Shown in pieces: positions 27,306 through 36,972 of a stretch of DNA of 64,000 bases (its first letter is position 1; each line of letters opens with the position of its first letter). Both the position numbers and the translations under genes were made by a program. Origin of the DNA: an uncultured Dehalococcoidia bacterium (lineage in GTDB: Bacteria > Chloroflexota > Dehalococcoidia > Lucifugimonadales > UBA3495); NCBI GenBank assembly GCA_950072105.1, contig CATMOE010000008.1, positions 12,237 through 76,236 on the forward strand, written 5' to 3'. The notes under the pieces are model-generated. The model saw nothing but the letters and a program-made list of their open reading frames with translations. It had not been told where the DNA came from and searched no databases.

Positions 27306-27752
27306 TTGGCGAAATCCAAAGCCAAAACCGTTGACGAGTACTTGGCTGAACTTCCGGAAGACCGGCGTGCCGAAATCGCCATCGTCCGAAAAGTCATACT
27401 GGCCAACTTGCCCGACGGTTATCAGGAAATGATGCAGTTTGGCATGATTGGGTACGTCGTCCCTTTGGAGCGTTATCCGGTGACCTATAACGGTCAGCCC
27501 CTGATGTTTGCCGCCTTAGCTTCTCAGAAGAACTATATGTCGTTGTACCTCATGAACATATGCAGTGACGAGGCAGTAGAAAAGTGGTTCGTTGAGGGGT
27601 ATAAGGCCAGCGGGAAAAAATTGGACATGGGTAAGGCTTGTGTCCGGTTTAAGAGTCTGCAAGACCTACCGATCGACCTGGTCGGAGAAGCCATAGCCCT
27701 TACTCCGGTAGCCGGCTTCATAGAACGGTACGAGCTGTGCCGGAAGAGATAG
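27306..27752 (+). CDS. DUF1801 (YdhG-like) domain protein
   Basis: KTVDEYLAELPEDRRAEIAIVRKVI... is DUF1801-like. I preferred the TTG at 27306, which follows AGGAG after a 6-nt spacer; the ORF track starts at 27291. Confidence 0.65.
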   Translation: MAKSKAKTVDEYLAELPEDRRAEIAIVRKVILANLPDGYQEMMQFGMIGYVVPLERYPVTYNGQPLMFAALASQKNYMSLYLMNICSDEAVEKWFVEGYKASGKKLDMGKACVRFKSLQDLPIDLVGEAIALTPVAGFIERYELCRKR

Positions 27753-27803
27753 GACACTTCGATGATCCGTAGACGTTCACTGCATCTGGAACCTAACCTT
27801 CAA

Positions 27804-28213
27804 TCAATCCCGCACATCGTGCCTGGTCAAAAGTCCCTGCCAGTCAAGGATGCGCTGGTCGGAGGTCGGTAGGTTTGGCCTCTAAGCAGGGCCGTTGCCG
27901 TAATGATACGGTCGGCTGAGTCTCATGGGAGACCTTCGAGTTCCGGTGCTAGAATCCCGATCTCACCAGTCAGTGGTATCTCCCCTATGCCTAATCCAAG
28001 GGTATTTTGACGCCATGCGCTGTTGGAATAATCCAATATGAGCCGTCCTTGTCTGGTGAGTAACGCGATTTCCCAGAAGGAGATTGCTGAAACGAAGAGC
28101 AGGTTGTCTCGCAGGGCTTGATCGGCGATGTCGCGGCTGGCCGGACCAAGACGTTGGTCGCCGTTCATGGCCCAAATACGGATGTTGGTATCCAGAAGAA
28201 TGGGACTACCCAT
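27804..28213 (-). pseudogene. decayed PIN-domain VapC-like toxin (in-frame TGA plus a frameshift)
   Basis: ILLDTNIRIW...AISFWEIALL... ends at the TGA at 27923-27925. The same frame then reads DSADRIITATALLRGQ. After a shift near 27870-27880, another frame reads LPTSDQRILDWQGLL...-TGA (27804). Together these give a full PIN domain. Confidence 0.7.
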
Positions 28214-28465
28214 TCTCAGCTTTTCATTCTTCTCTAATGACTATAGTCATGACCATAGAAACATATCAGCATTTACGGATTGACCCAGATTGATGACTTA
28301 TTCAAGACTGTCGAGGGTTCGCTTGCTTCTCTTGCGGCTCTTTTGATGGTCGGTATTTGACCGCCTGTCCCTTGGACGGGTATATTATCCTGCGACAACA
28401 ATTCCGGCCCGGGAACGTGCCATGATAACTAGGTGTGATGGTAATCTGATGACGCAAGGTCGGTT

Positions 28466-29167
28466 GTGTACGCGCTGATTCTAGCCGGCGGCAAAGGCGA
28501 AAGGCTCAGACCTTTGACCGATACGCTTCCCAAACCCATGGTGCCGGTGTGTGGAAAACCCATACTTTGGCATCAAGTTCAGTGGCTTAAAGAAGCCGGG
28601 GTGACCGACGTGGTCTTTTTGGCGGGTTACCGCTGGGAAGCGATCCAGGATTATTTTGGAGACGGTCAAGCTTTTGGCATCAGAGCCCATTACAGTGTGG
28701 AAGACTCGCCGTTGGGCCGGGGTGGGGCCATCCGGAACGGATTTCCTCTCGTACCTGAAGAGGAGGATCTGGTAGTGGTCCTTAACGGCGACGTGATAAC
28801 CCAGGAGCCTTTCGGTTCGCTATCACGGCGTCATGAGGAAAGGAAATCGGCCAATCCGTCCCACTTGGCAACAATCATGGTGGTGCCCTTCGTCAGTCCC
28901 TACGGGCTGGTGGACATGAATCCTGATGACGACGTGATCGGGTTTCGAGAGAAAGTGCCGATGCCTTACTGGATCAACGCCGGCGTTTATCTATTTGAAC
29001 GGCGCATGGCTTTGGAGATGCCCGAGTTGGGAGACCATGAGACGGAGACTTTCCCTAGGCTGGCCCAGGAGGGCAAACTTTCCGCGGTGAAATCCCAGGT
29101 CTTCTGGCACAGCGTGGACTCATTCAAGGATCTGCGGGAAGTGGAAGAACATCTGGGGAGCCAATAA
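28466..29167 (+). CDS. sugar-phosphate nucleotidyltransferase (NTP_transferase family)
   Basis: ALILAGGKGERLRPLTDTLPKPMVPVCGKPIL signature; GTG start. Confidence 0.8.
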   Translation: MYALILAGGKGERLRPLTDTLPKPMVPVCGKPILWHQVQWLKEAGVTDVVFLAGYRWEAIQDYFGDGQAFGIRAHYSVEDSPLGRGGAIRNGFPLVPEEEDLVVVLNGDVITQEPFGSLSRRHEERKSANPSHLATIMVVPFVSPYGLVDMNPDDDVIGFREKVPMPYWINAGVYLFERRMALEMPELGDHETETFPRLAQEGKLSAVKSQVFWHSVDSFKDLREVEEHLGSQ

Positions 29168-29221
29168 TCTGGATATCCGTGTGGAGCTCAATCTTCGACG
29201 GGGTGGCGAAAGCCGACGTCT

Positions 29222-30190
29222 ATGACTCAGAGAGAAACCGCAAACCCTACAGCCGCCGGCGGCATCGCGCAAGCGGTCGCCAGCGTTAAAGAAAATATCG
29301 AAAAAGTCTTGGTGGGGAAAGGCGGGGTCATAGAACTGACCCTAGCTGCCGTTCTCAGCAGTGGCCACATTCTGATTGAAGACGTGCCTGGTATCGGCAA
29401 GACTACACTGGCCCGAGCATTGGCCAGTTCTCTAGATTGCACCTTCCATCGGATCCAGTTCACCCCCGATCTGATGCCGTCAGACATCACCGGCATCAAC
29501 TTTTACAACCAGAAAAGCGGCGACTTTGAGTTTCGGCCCGGGCCCATAATCGCCCAAGTGGTGCTGGCGGACGAAATCAACCGCGCCACACCCCGCACCC
29601 AGTCGGCGCTTTTGGAGGCCATGGGCGAGCGTCAGTTGACGGTAGATGACGTTACCATTACCCTGCCCGTTCCCTTCCTGGTGATCGCGACTCAAAATCC
29701 CATCGAGTTGGAAGGGACATTCCCTTTGCCTGAAGCCCAATTAGACCGGTTTTTGTTGCGCCTGAGATTGGGCTACCCCACAGAGGACGAAGAAGAGGCA
29801 ATGTTGACTCGGTTCCAGACTGACGACCCGCTGAAGGACCTCGCAGCGGTGCTCGGGGCCTCAGACATTGCCTCACTGCAGGACGCCGTCCGGGAAGTCC
29901 ATTTCGACCCCGTGCTGCGAAATTATTTGGTCCAATTGGTACAGGCCACCCGAAGCCATGGGGACGTGGAATTGGGCGCCAGCCCTCGGGCCACGATGGG
30001 CCTCTACCGGTGCAGCCAAGCCTTGGCGGCGATCCGGGGGAGGGATTACGTGACCCCCGACGATCTGAAAACCCTGGCCCCCTTGGCTCTAGCCCACAGA
30101 ATGATTCTTAAGTCCCAGGCCCGGCTGCGGGAGCGTACGCCGGAGAGCATCATCGACGAGATTCTGGCCCAGGTACAAGTGCCCGTATAG
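29222..30190 (+). CDS. MoxR-family AAA+ ATPase
   Basis: EDVPGIGKTTLARALA (Walker A) and VLADEINRATPRTQSALLEAM (Walker B / sensor region). Confidence 0.9.
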   Translation: MTQRETANPTAAGGIAQAVASVKENIEKVLVGKGGVIELTLAAVLSSGHILIEDVPGIGKTTLARALASSLDCTFHRIQFTPDLMPSDITGINFYNQKSGDFEFRPGPIIAQVVLADEINRATPRTQSALLEAMGERQLTVDDVTITLPVPFLVIATQNPIELEGTFPLPEAQLDRFLLRLRLGYPTEDEEEAMLTRFQTDDPLKDLAAVLGASDIASLQDAVREVHFDPVLRNYLVQLVQATRSHGDVELGASPRATMGLYRCSQALAAIRGRDYVTPDDLKTLAPLALAHRMILKSQARLRERTPESIIDEILAQVQVPV

Positions 30191-30208
30191 GGGCCTAAAC
30201 GACCGATC

Positions 30209-31429
30209 ATGCTCAACGAAGTTTGGCTCCTAGTTAGCTTGGTCATCTTGTTTATCGGCTTGGTGGCCAGCCAAGGACTCCTATTGGTTCTTGGGGCTCT
30301 TAGCCTGATTGTCTCTTTAGTGGCCAAGTATTGGGACCGTTTTGCCTTCCAGAAAGTAACCCACTTTCGAACCCTCTCTAACAACCGGGCCTTTGTTGGT
30401 GATTCCGTGGAATACGTAATCACCCTTTCCAATGAAAAAGTGCTTCCTTTGATCTGGTTAGATATTCAGGACGCATTTCCGGAAGGTTTGGAATTGCCCG
30501 GCGGCAATCTGCGTGGCAGCGGCGCCGAAGTGACGAGACAACACTGCATCACCACCTCTTTGCTTCCTTATCAAAAAGTCTCCTGGAAGTATAAGATCAA
30601 ATGCACCGCCCGAGGATACCACCGCATCGGGCCGGTCCGATTGCGCAGTGGGGATATCTTTGGATTCAGCTCCGCGGAGATCCACTATCCGAAAGTGGAA
30701 CACCTGCTGGTGTATCCCAGGATCGTCGATCTGGGCGCATTGATCTTACCGGAGCAACATCCGCTGGGTGAAAGCAAGTCGTGGAAACCAGTCGTTCAAG
30801 ACACCACGCGGTTCCTACGGCAGCGAGATTACAATCCCATAGACCCAATGAAACATATCGACTGGAAGGCGTCAGCCCGGAGGCAGCGTCTACAGACCAA
30901 GGTCTTTGAACCGGTGGTTTCTTTGAACGTTCTGATCGCGCTGAACGCGGCCACCAGCGAATTCGCGTGGCAGGGGAGTAACCGGCGCTTTTTTGAGCGG
31001 GCGGTGACGGCGGCGGCGTCAGTAGCAAACGATGCGGCCCTAAGCGGCTACAGCTTTGGCCTGGTCAGCAATGCGGTGGCCAGCTACTCAGGTAAATGGC
31101 TTAGCGTTCCCATGGGGGCGTCTTCCACCCAGCTCTCCTTGGTCCTGGAATCCTTGGCGATGGCTGGGCCGTATGTGGTAACTCCTCTGACCGAAGTGTT
31201 GCGTGGCGAGCGAGCTTCGCTACCCGCCGGAACGACGGTGGTGGTGGTCACTTCAATATTGACTCAGGTCATGGCGACGGAAATAGCCTATATCAAGGAG
31301 AGCGGGTATCAGGTCCGGGTGCTTTACACCGGCGACCAGGCCCCGTCAGTAGAATTGCCCGGCGTACCGGTGGTACGTCTGGGGAGAGTTTTAGACGCTC
31401 AGGTGGAAGATGAACCAGCTATGGCGTAA
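30209..31429 (+). CDS. DUF58 domain protein (MoxR partner)
   Basis: QRDYNPIDPMKHIDWKASARRQRL is the DUF58 signature. It has an N-terminal TM hairpin and lies directly after moxR. Confidence 0.8.
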   Translation: MLNEVWLLVSLVILFIGLVASQGLLLVLGALSLIVSLVAKYWDRFAFQKVTHFRTLSNNRAFVGDSVEYVITLSNEKVLPLIWLDIQDAFPEGLELPGGNLRGSGAEVTRQHCITTSLLPYQKVSWKYKIKCTARGYHRIGPVRLRSGDIFGFSSAEIHYPKVEHLLVYPRIVDLGALILPEQHPLGESKSWKPVVQDTTRFLRQRDYNPIDPMKHIDWKASARRQRLQTKVFEPVVSLNVLIALNAATSEFAWQGSNRRFFERAVTAAASVANDAALSGYSFGLVSNAVASYSGKWLSVPMGASSTQLSLVLESLAMAGPYVVTPLTEVLRGERASLPAGTTVVVVTSILTQVMATEIAYIKESGYQVRVLYTGDQAPSVELPGVPVVRLGRVLDAQVEDEPAMA

Positions 31430-32837
31430 CAGCGCCGTCACTGGCGTCGGGCTATTCCTAGAGTCTTGCGCTTTTTACCTGGTGATCAAATTGATCAGCG
31501 CCGGCCTGGGTCAATCGATGGCAGCGCTGCCGATCTGGTTGGTCGTAGTTGCCATCCTTTGGGCCTACGTGCTTTCTTCGTACGTACAAACAATGAAGTT
31601 CACGTCCAATCTTCGTGGCCTGGTTGGATTGGGCATCTCGGGGCTGTCTATATTGGTATTGGCTCATCTACACACCGGCATGGGAGTATTGCCGGTGGGA
31701 GCGTTCATCGGTTCCAATTTCGATACCATCGCGCGACAGGTATTAGTTTTCGCTTTCTTGGTCCTCTTGTGGTGGCGAGGCACCACCATCGCTCAAGATG
31801 AAGTAACGCTGGATACGGTTAGGGCCTCGTTCCAGTGGGGATTGATGGTCCTCTTCGCGGCCGTACTGATAGATACCGTGGCCGAAGCCGACTTGGTCAA
31901 CGGATTCCTGGTGATCGGATACTTTGGTGTTGGCCTGGTTGGCATGGCCCTGGCGAGGTTTTCTTCCGAGGCCGGTGATTCCCAGATCATGTCTTTCGAA
32001 TGGTGGATGCCCATCACCGTCAGCGTTGGCGCGGTGCTCATCCTTGGGATGGTCATCAGCGGAATCGGCTTGGGGGGTCTCGACGACGTAACCCGGGCGA
32101 TCTTAAAGTTAGTCGGAAACATCGGTTTTTGGATGATAAAACCGCTGCTTCTTGGATTGGGCTACATCGCCGGGGTATTGGTGGCTGTGGGCAACTGGTT
32201 GTCCAGTATGTTCGGAGGAGGCGACCTCAGCGGACTTGCCAGAGCACAGGAACAGATCCGCCAATTCCACGATACCATGCAACAAGAAGCCGGCGATGAC
32301 GGACCACCTGGGGCGTTGATTTTTCTGATCAAGTTTTTGGGATTTACCGTTGGGATCTCATTGGCGGCCTGGATCATTTACCGGATATTTAGGTTTCGCC
32401 GCCTGCACCAAGGCACCGGCGTTGTTGAGGAAACCCGTGAGTCTTTATTCAGCTGGAGCCAGGCTAACCAGGACCTTTCATCGCTCATCAGCGCCTGGTG
32501 GAACAAGTGGACGTCGGGAGGACCTGGCAAGAAGGCGATCGCCCAGCCGCGCGACCCTCGCGAGGTTTATCACGCGCTGCTGGACCTGTCGGCTGAGTCC
32601 GGGCGGCCAAGAGAAGAGTGGCAAACTCCCAGGGAGCACGAAGGCACCTTAGATGGATTGTTCCCCTCAGAGCCGGTAGATCGAATCGTCGATGGATTTC
32701 AGCACGTTTATTATGGGGAAGCTGAAGCTACAACGCCGGAGATCGAAGGGTTGCAGTCCGATTGGACCGCCATCAACGAACATCTTGCGGAGCTTAATCG
32801 CCAGAAGGAAGAGAAAGACGGCCACACGGGCGAGTAG
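31410..32837 (+). CDS. polytopic membrane protein with C-terminal DUF4129-like domain; no transglutaminase core seen
   Basis: Multiple TM segments. The C-terminal PREVYHALLDL...TPREHEGTLDGLFP...FQHVYYGE resembles DUF4129. It overlaps the DUF58 gene by 20 nt. Confidence 0.6.
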   Translation: MNQLWRNSAVTGVGLFLESCAFYLVIKLISAGLGQSMAALPIWLVVVAILWAYVLSSYVQTMKFTSNLRGLVGLGISGLSILVLAHLHTGMGVLPVGAFIGSNFDTIARQVLVFAFLVLLWWRGTTIAQDEVTLDTVRASFQWGLMVLFAAVLIDTVAEADLVNGFLVIGYFGVGLVGMALARFSSEAGDSQIMSFEWWMPITVSVGAVLILGMVISGIGLGGLDDVTRAILKLVGNIGFWMIKPLLLGLGYIAGVLVAVGNWLSSMFGGGDLSGLARAQEQIRQFHDTMQQEAGDDGPPGALIFLIKFLGFTVGISLAAWIIYRIFRFRRLHQGTGVVEETRESLFSWSQANQDLSSLISAWWNKWTSGGPGKKAIAQPRDPREVYHALLDLSAESGRPREEWQTPREHEGTLDGLFPSEPVDRIVDGFQHVYYGEAEATTPEIEGLQSDWTAINEHLAELNRQKEEKDGHTGE

Positions 32838-32838
32838 G

Positions 32839-33741
32839 CTATAGAAAGCGGGGAATCACCTCCCGGGCGATGGTCTCCATCAAACGGGTTATCGTGTCCA
32901 CGTCCCCGGTGTTGAGCGCCAAGACGACGTGCTGGACGCCGGCAGTCTCATAGGCGGCTAGCGAGGCGGCAATTGCGTCTGGATCATCGCCGGATATGCG
33001 CGCCCGGCCGGCGGACCGGCTGCTGGACGGTCCGCCGTGAGCCTCCACCTCTATTCGCAAAGACATGGCCAGCGATTCCGGCGCTCTGCCGGCCGCGGTT
33101 GCCATCTCCTCAATCTCACGGCGGCCTATGCTGAATTCCTCCGGACTAAGGCCGGTAGGGTGCCAACCGTCTCCCCGAAGCGCGGCCCGCCGCATAGCCC
33201 CAGGGCTGGAGCCGCCGATCCACAAAGGGATATGAGGTTTCTGAACCGGTTTGGGCGAAAATAGTAGATCGGTGAACTTCCAGCGGCGGCTCTCGTAGGT
33301 GGGGCTGGGGCTAGTCCATAGCTCCTTCATGATGGCGATGCATTCGTTGGTCAGAGATGCCCGGTCCCGCATGGAGATGCCCAGGGCGTCGAACTCTTCG
33401 GTCATGGCCCCAACACCCACACCCAGGATGACTCTCCCGCCGGAGATCTGGTCCAAGCTGGCGGCGTATTTCGCCAACTCCACCGGGTTGTGGTAGGGCA
33501 ATACCAGGACGGATGTGCCCAACATGACCCGTTTGGTGGTGGCGGCGAGATAGGAAAGAGTGGACATTGGATGGTAGTAGGGTTTGCCCTCCAGCCGCTC
33601 CCGGATGTACCCAGTATTGAAGAGGTGGTCCATGACCCAGACAGAGTCATAGCCCAATTCCTCGGCCAACGGGCCAAAATCCAGCACCTGCTGAGGGTCC
33701 TCGATGCCCCAATTGTTGGGTATGGTGACGCCGAATTTCAC
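32839..33741 (-). CDS. LLM-class F420/flavin-dependent oxidoreductase
   Basis: MKFGVTIPN...GYDSVWVMDHL...LDQISGGRVILGVGVG is luciferase-like. Confidence 0.85.
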   Translation of the reverse strand: MKFGVTIPNNWGIEDPQQVLDFGPLAEELGYDSVWVMDHLFNTGYIRERLEGKPYYHPMSTLSYLAATTKRVMLGTSVLVLPYHNPVELAKYAASLDQISGGRVILGVGVGAMTEEFDALGISMRDRASLTNECIAIMKELWTSPSPTYESRRWKFTDLLFSPKPVQKPHIPLWIGGSSPGAMRRAALRGDGWHPTGLSPEEFSIGRREIEEMATAAGRAPESLAMSLRIEVEAHGGPSSSRSAGRARISGDDPDAIAASLAAYETAGVQHVVLALNTGDVDTITRLMETIAREVIPRFL

Positions 33742-33868
33742 GATTCCTCTGCAACTTGCCCGTGGGCGAATTCCGTCAGCGGTCAGCCGTCAGCTAAGGC
33801 CCGTTGTCCACCGGGAGCCCATTGCTGCTTGGTGTTTGCTGAAAGCTGATTGCTGATGGCCGATGGCT

Positions 33869-34342
33869 TTATCCGGTGTTGATCGCCTGCACCAGACGGG
33901 CTGTTTCGATAGCCGCGACCGCGGCGTTGCTGCCCAGATTACCCGACTTACCCCCGGCACGGTTCAAGGCCTGTTCCATGTTTTCGGTGGTGAGTACGCC
34001 GAATATCGTCGGCACCCCCGTGTCCACCCCGACCTGCCCGATACCACGGGACGCATGACCGGCGACCATGTCATAGTGGCCGGTTTCGCCTCGAATCACG
34101 GCTCCCAAACAGATTATCGAGTCGTACCTGCCAGTATCGGCCAGATTCTTCGCGGCCACCGGCAACTCGAACGCTCCCGGAACCCAAACGATGCTGATGT
34201 CGTTGTCGCTTACGCCGTAACGTGATAACGTCCCAATCGCTCCATCCATCAGTGGCCGCGTCACCAATTCGTTGAAGCGGGCTACAACCACCGCCACCCT
34301 TAAACCTTGGCCGTTCATGTCTCCACTTAGCTCTTTGGGCAA
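33869..34342 (-). CDS. ribH: 6,7-dimethyl-8-ribityllumazine synthase
   Basis: [21 protein letters not shown]...WVPGAFELP...[16 protein letters not shown]. Confidence 0.9.
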   Translation of the reverse strand: MPKELSGDMNGQGLRVAVVVARFNELVTRPLMDGAIGTLSRYGVSDNDISIVWVPGAFELPVAAKNLADTGRYDSIICLGAVIRGETGHYDMVAGHASRGIGQVGVDTGVPTIFGVLTTENMEQALNRAGGKSGNLGSNAAVAAIETARLVQAINTG

Positions 34343-34372
34343 GACATTTCTCCTGGTCTGAATTGGCTATCG

Positions 34373-35101
34373 CTAGCCGGTGGTTCCATCGGCGGTCACG
34401 GGCTCCGGGCGCACCCCCGCCTCTAGCACCTTTTCCAACAGTTGTGGCTCGGATAGGGGTCCGGACAACCGGATGTGCTCGTTGATCACGGTTACAGGCA
34501 CTGAGCGCACCCCGTAATTTCGGGCTAGCAACGGAAACTCTTGGATCTCCACCACGTCGGCGGCGACCAACGGGTTCTCGATGGCCAGAGCGTGGGCCAA
34601 ACAGGCCAAGCCCGGACAATCGGCGCTGGCGGGTGTTACGAACACTTGAATGTGGACCTTCTGGGTGAGCTTCCGCAGCTTTTTCCGGGTGTCCATGCTC
34701 AGAGGGCTGACACTTCGGGATATGGTCTTGATATCGGCTACCATGGCGGCCATACCGTATCCCATAGGCGCGCCGTAAAACTTAACTCGGGACGACCCGT
34801 CCGTGCTGATGACAATGGCCGGAATACGGGTTACGCCTTGGTCCTGGGCAACTTGGGGGTCGTTGTAGAAATCGACCGTTTCAAGATCGATCTTGGGTGT
34901 CAGCGCGGCCAACTCCTCCAACAGTTGTAGGGTTTGTGGGCAGCGGGGACACTCCCGGCCCGGAATCGTTATCACGGACGGTTTCTGGGTAAACAGGCGA
35001 ATCTGGACCTGCGCTTTCAGGTCTTTTCTAAAGGTCCGCTTTAACTGGGACCTATCTTGGTCGGAAATCATCGGTTTTTGCATGGTTAAGTCGCTCTCCA
35101 T
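34373..35101 (-). CDS. double thioredoxin-fold (glutaredoxin-like/PDO-like) protein
   Basis: The first unit has CPRCP. The second unit has an atypical SADCPGLAC. The start may be the ATG at 35083. Confidence 0.6.
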   Translation of the reverse strand: MESDLTMQKPMISDQDRSQLKRTFRKDLKAQVQIRLFTQKPSVITIPGRECPRCPQTLQLLEELAALTPKIDLETVDFYNDPQVAQDQGVTRIPAIVISTDGSSRVKFYGAPMGYGMAAMVADIKTISRSVSPLSMDTRKKLRKLTQKVHIQVFVTPASADCPGLACLAHALAIENPLVAADVVEIQEFPLLARNYGVRSVPVTVINEHIRLSGPLSEPQLLEKVLEAGVRPEPVTADGTTG

Positions 35102-35203
35102 GCTGGGGTGCTTGGGGCCTAAACCGGGAGTATCCGGTGCAGTTTGTAGCCGGGCCCAACGGCCAGTCTCGAACGATTACCAGTGTACACGCGAAGCTAG
35201 ACG

Positions 35204-35815
35204 TTATCCACCCTGATCCAACTCGCGGCGGATGGTGAACATTCTTTGGAAAAGCGTGAAGCAGGAAACCGCGGCAATGAGGAGGAGGACCCAAAAGATC
35301 TGTCCTATCAGCAAGCCGATGCCCAGAAGGATAACCCGTTCGGTACGGGTCATTAATCCGGACCTGGAGAAAACGCCCAATCCCTCTCCGCGGGCCCGTA
35401 GATAGCTGACCCCTTGGGAGAAGATCAGCGCTAGAAATAACACGATAATGAATACTAGGAGGTATGATTCGTCGAAGTTTGCCCCAAGGGCGTAGAACGC
35501 CAACCCCACGAACAGGGCGGCTTCTCCCAGACGGTCAAAGACGGAGTCAAGAAGGGCGCCGAATGGGCTAACCTTGCCGGTAAGGCGGGCTAATGCCCCG
35601 TCCATCAGGTCTAGACCGCTGCCCAGGAGAAAGACGATGCCTCCAGCCAGCAGCCAGCCAGAACCGACGAGATATGCCGCCACGACGGTAAACCCAAAAC
35701 CGATGAGCGTCACTGCGTTGGGGGTCAGCTTTAATGCTCTGAGGAATCGGGCGCCGGGCAGCTCAACGTATTGAAGTATGGCCTCTCTTATCTGCTCTCT
35801 TCCTGGTACGGCCAT
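35204..35815 (-). CDS. CDP-alcohol phosphatidyltransferase (phosphatidylinositol-phosphate synthase-like)
   Basis: DLMDGALARLTGKVSPFGALLDSVFDRLGE matches the D(x)2DG(x)2AR...G(x)3D(x)3D motif. About 6 TM segments. Confidence 0.85.
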   Translation of the reverse strand: MAVPGREQIREAILQYVELPGARFLRALKLTPNAVTLIGFGFTVVAAYLVGSGWLLAGGIVFLLGSGLDLMDGALARLTGKVSPFGALLDSVFDRLGEAALFVGLAFYALGANFDESYLLVFIIVLFLALIFSQGVSYLRARGEGLGVFSRSGLMTRTERVILLGIGLLIGQIFWVLLLIAAVSCFTLFQRMFTIRRELDQGG

Positions 35816-36929
35816 TGGCTAAACTCATACAGTCTTTATAATAATCTTCCACCTGGGCGGCGACCCGGTCCCACCGGTATTGCTCAACTGTTTGGCGGCC
35901 CTGGGACCCCAGTTTATTACGCAATTGGGGGTCACGAATCAGCGTACCCAGCGCTTGGGCCAGGCCTTCTATGTCTTTGCGGGGAAATAACAGGCACTCC
36001 TGGCCGTGGGTAACGATACCGGCGTACCCTTCGATGTCGGAAGCGACCACCGGCTTTCCCGCGGCCATGGCCTCCAGCAGCACAATGCCGAAGCTTTCCG
36101 CGCCGGTGGCCGGCGAACAGAATATGTCGGCGCTGGCGTAGTAACGAGGCAGGTCTTCATAGGGAACCGAGCCGGTAAATACCACGTCGTTCAGGCCCCG
36201 GCCACCAAGTATGCTGTGGGATTCCTTATCTGGGGAGCCGGGACCCACAACCAATAGCCTAATGTCCGGCAGGTCCCATTTCAGGCGGCTGAAGGCTTCC
36301 AGCAGGTACCTCAGCCCTTTGCGCTTCTCAAGACGTCCGACGAACAAGATGTTGATCTTGCCGTCCTGGTATTCAGGCCACGGCGCCGCCTTAGTTGAGA
36401 AGTGGTCCAGGTCTATCCCATTGGGGATGATTTTGTAATTTCCGGGAAACGCGCTGCTTACATAACGTAGCGCGGCGGGGGAGACGGCGATACCTCCGTC
36501 CAAACGCTGGTGCCATCGCTTGATGAGGGGATGGCTGAGGTGGTACAGGTGGCTGTGCTTATAGGAGGCGTGAAAGGTGCCTATGTTGACCGCGTCGGAA
36601 AATTCCAGAACGCAAAGGGGCAATATGGGCGCCATCGGCTCGTGGAGATGGACGATATCGAAGGCCTCCCGCTGCAAAAGGGCCCGGACCTTGGGGTACA
36701 ACCACCAAGAAAGGGAAACCCGGGCGGTGGATCCGCCGCTGGGCAGCGGAACCGACCTGCCCAGTGCGACGAACGGTTCGTCGTTTTCATTTTGACGGGA
36801 TGGCGAGTGGGGTGCCAGGACCTGAACTTCATGGCCGTTCCGGCCCAACTCCCGGGCTAGTTGGGTGACGTGGGCAGTTACCCCACCGGGCCAGGTGAAA
36901 TCGTAGGGTGAAACCATGGCGATTTTCAC
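35763..36929 (-). CDS. GT4-family glycosyltransferase (PimA-like)
   Basis: MKIAMVSPYDFTWPGGV...ESFGIVLLEAMAAGKPVVASD (E-x7-E). Confidence 0.85.
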   Translation of the reverse strand: MKIAMVSPYDFTWPGGVTAHVTQLARELGRNGHEVQVLAPHSPSRQNENDEPFVALGRSVPLPSGGSTARVSLSWWLYPKVRALLQREAFDIVHLHEPMAPILPLCVLEFSDAVNIGTFHASYKHSHLYHLSHPLIKRWHQRLDGGIAVSPAALRYVSSAFPGNYKIIPNGIDLDHFSTKAAPWPEYQDGKINILFVGRLEKRKGLRYLLEAFSRLKWDLPDIRLLVVGPGSPDKESHSILGGRGLNDVVFTGSVPYEDLPRYYASADIFCSPATGAESFGIVLLEAMAAGKPVVASDIEGYAGIVTHGQECLLFPRKDIEGLAQALGTLIRDPQLRNKLGSQGRQTVEQYRWDRVAAQVEDYYKDCMSLANGRTRKRADKRGHTSIR

Positions 36930-36972
36930 GCAGTCCCTCCAGATAGCGGCCGAGAGGCAACCCGTATCCGGG

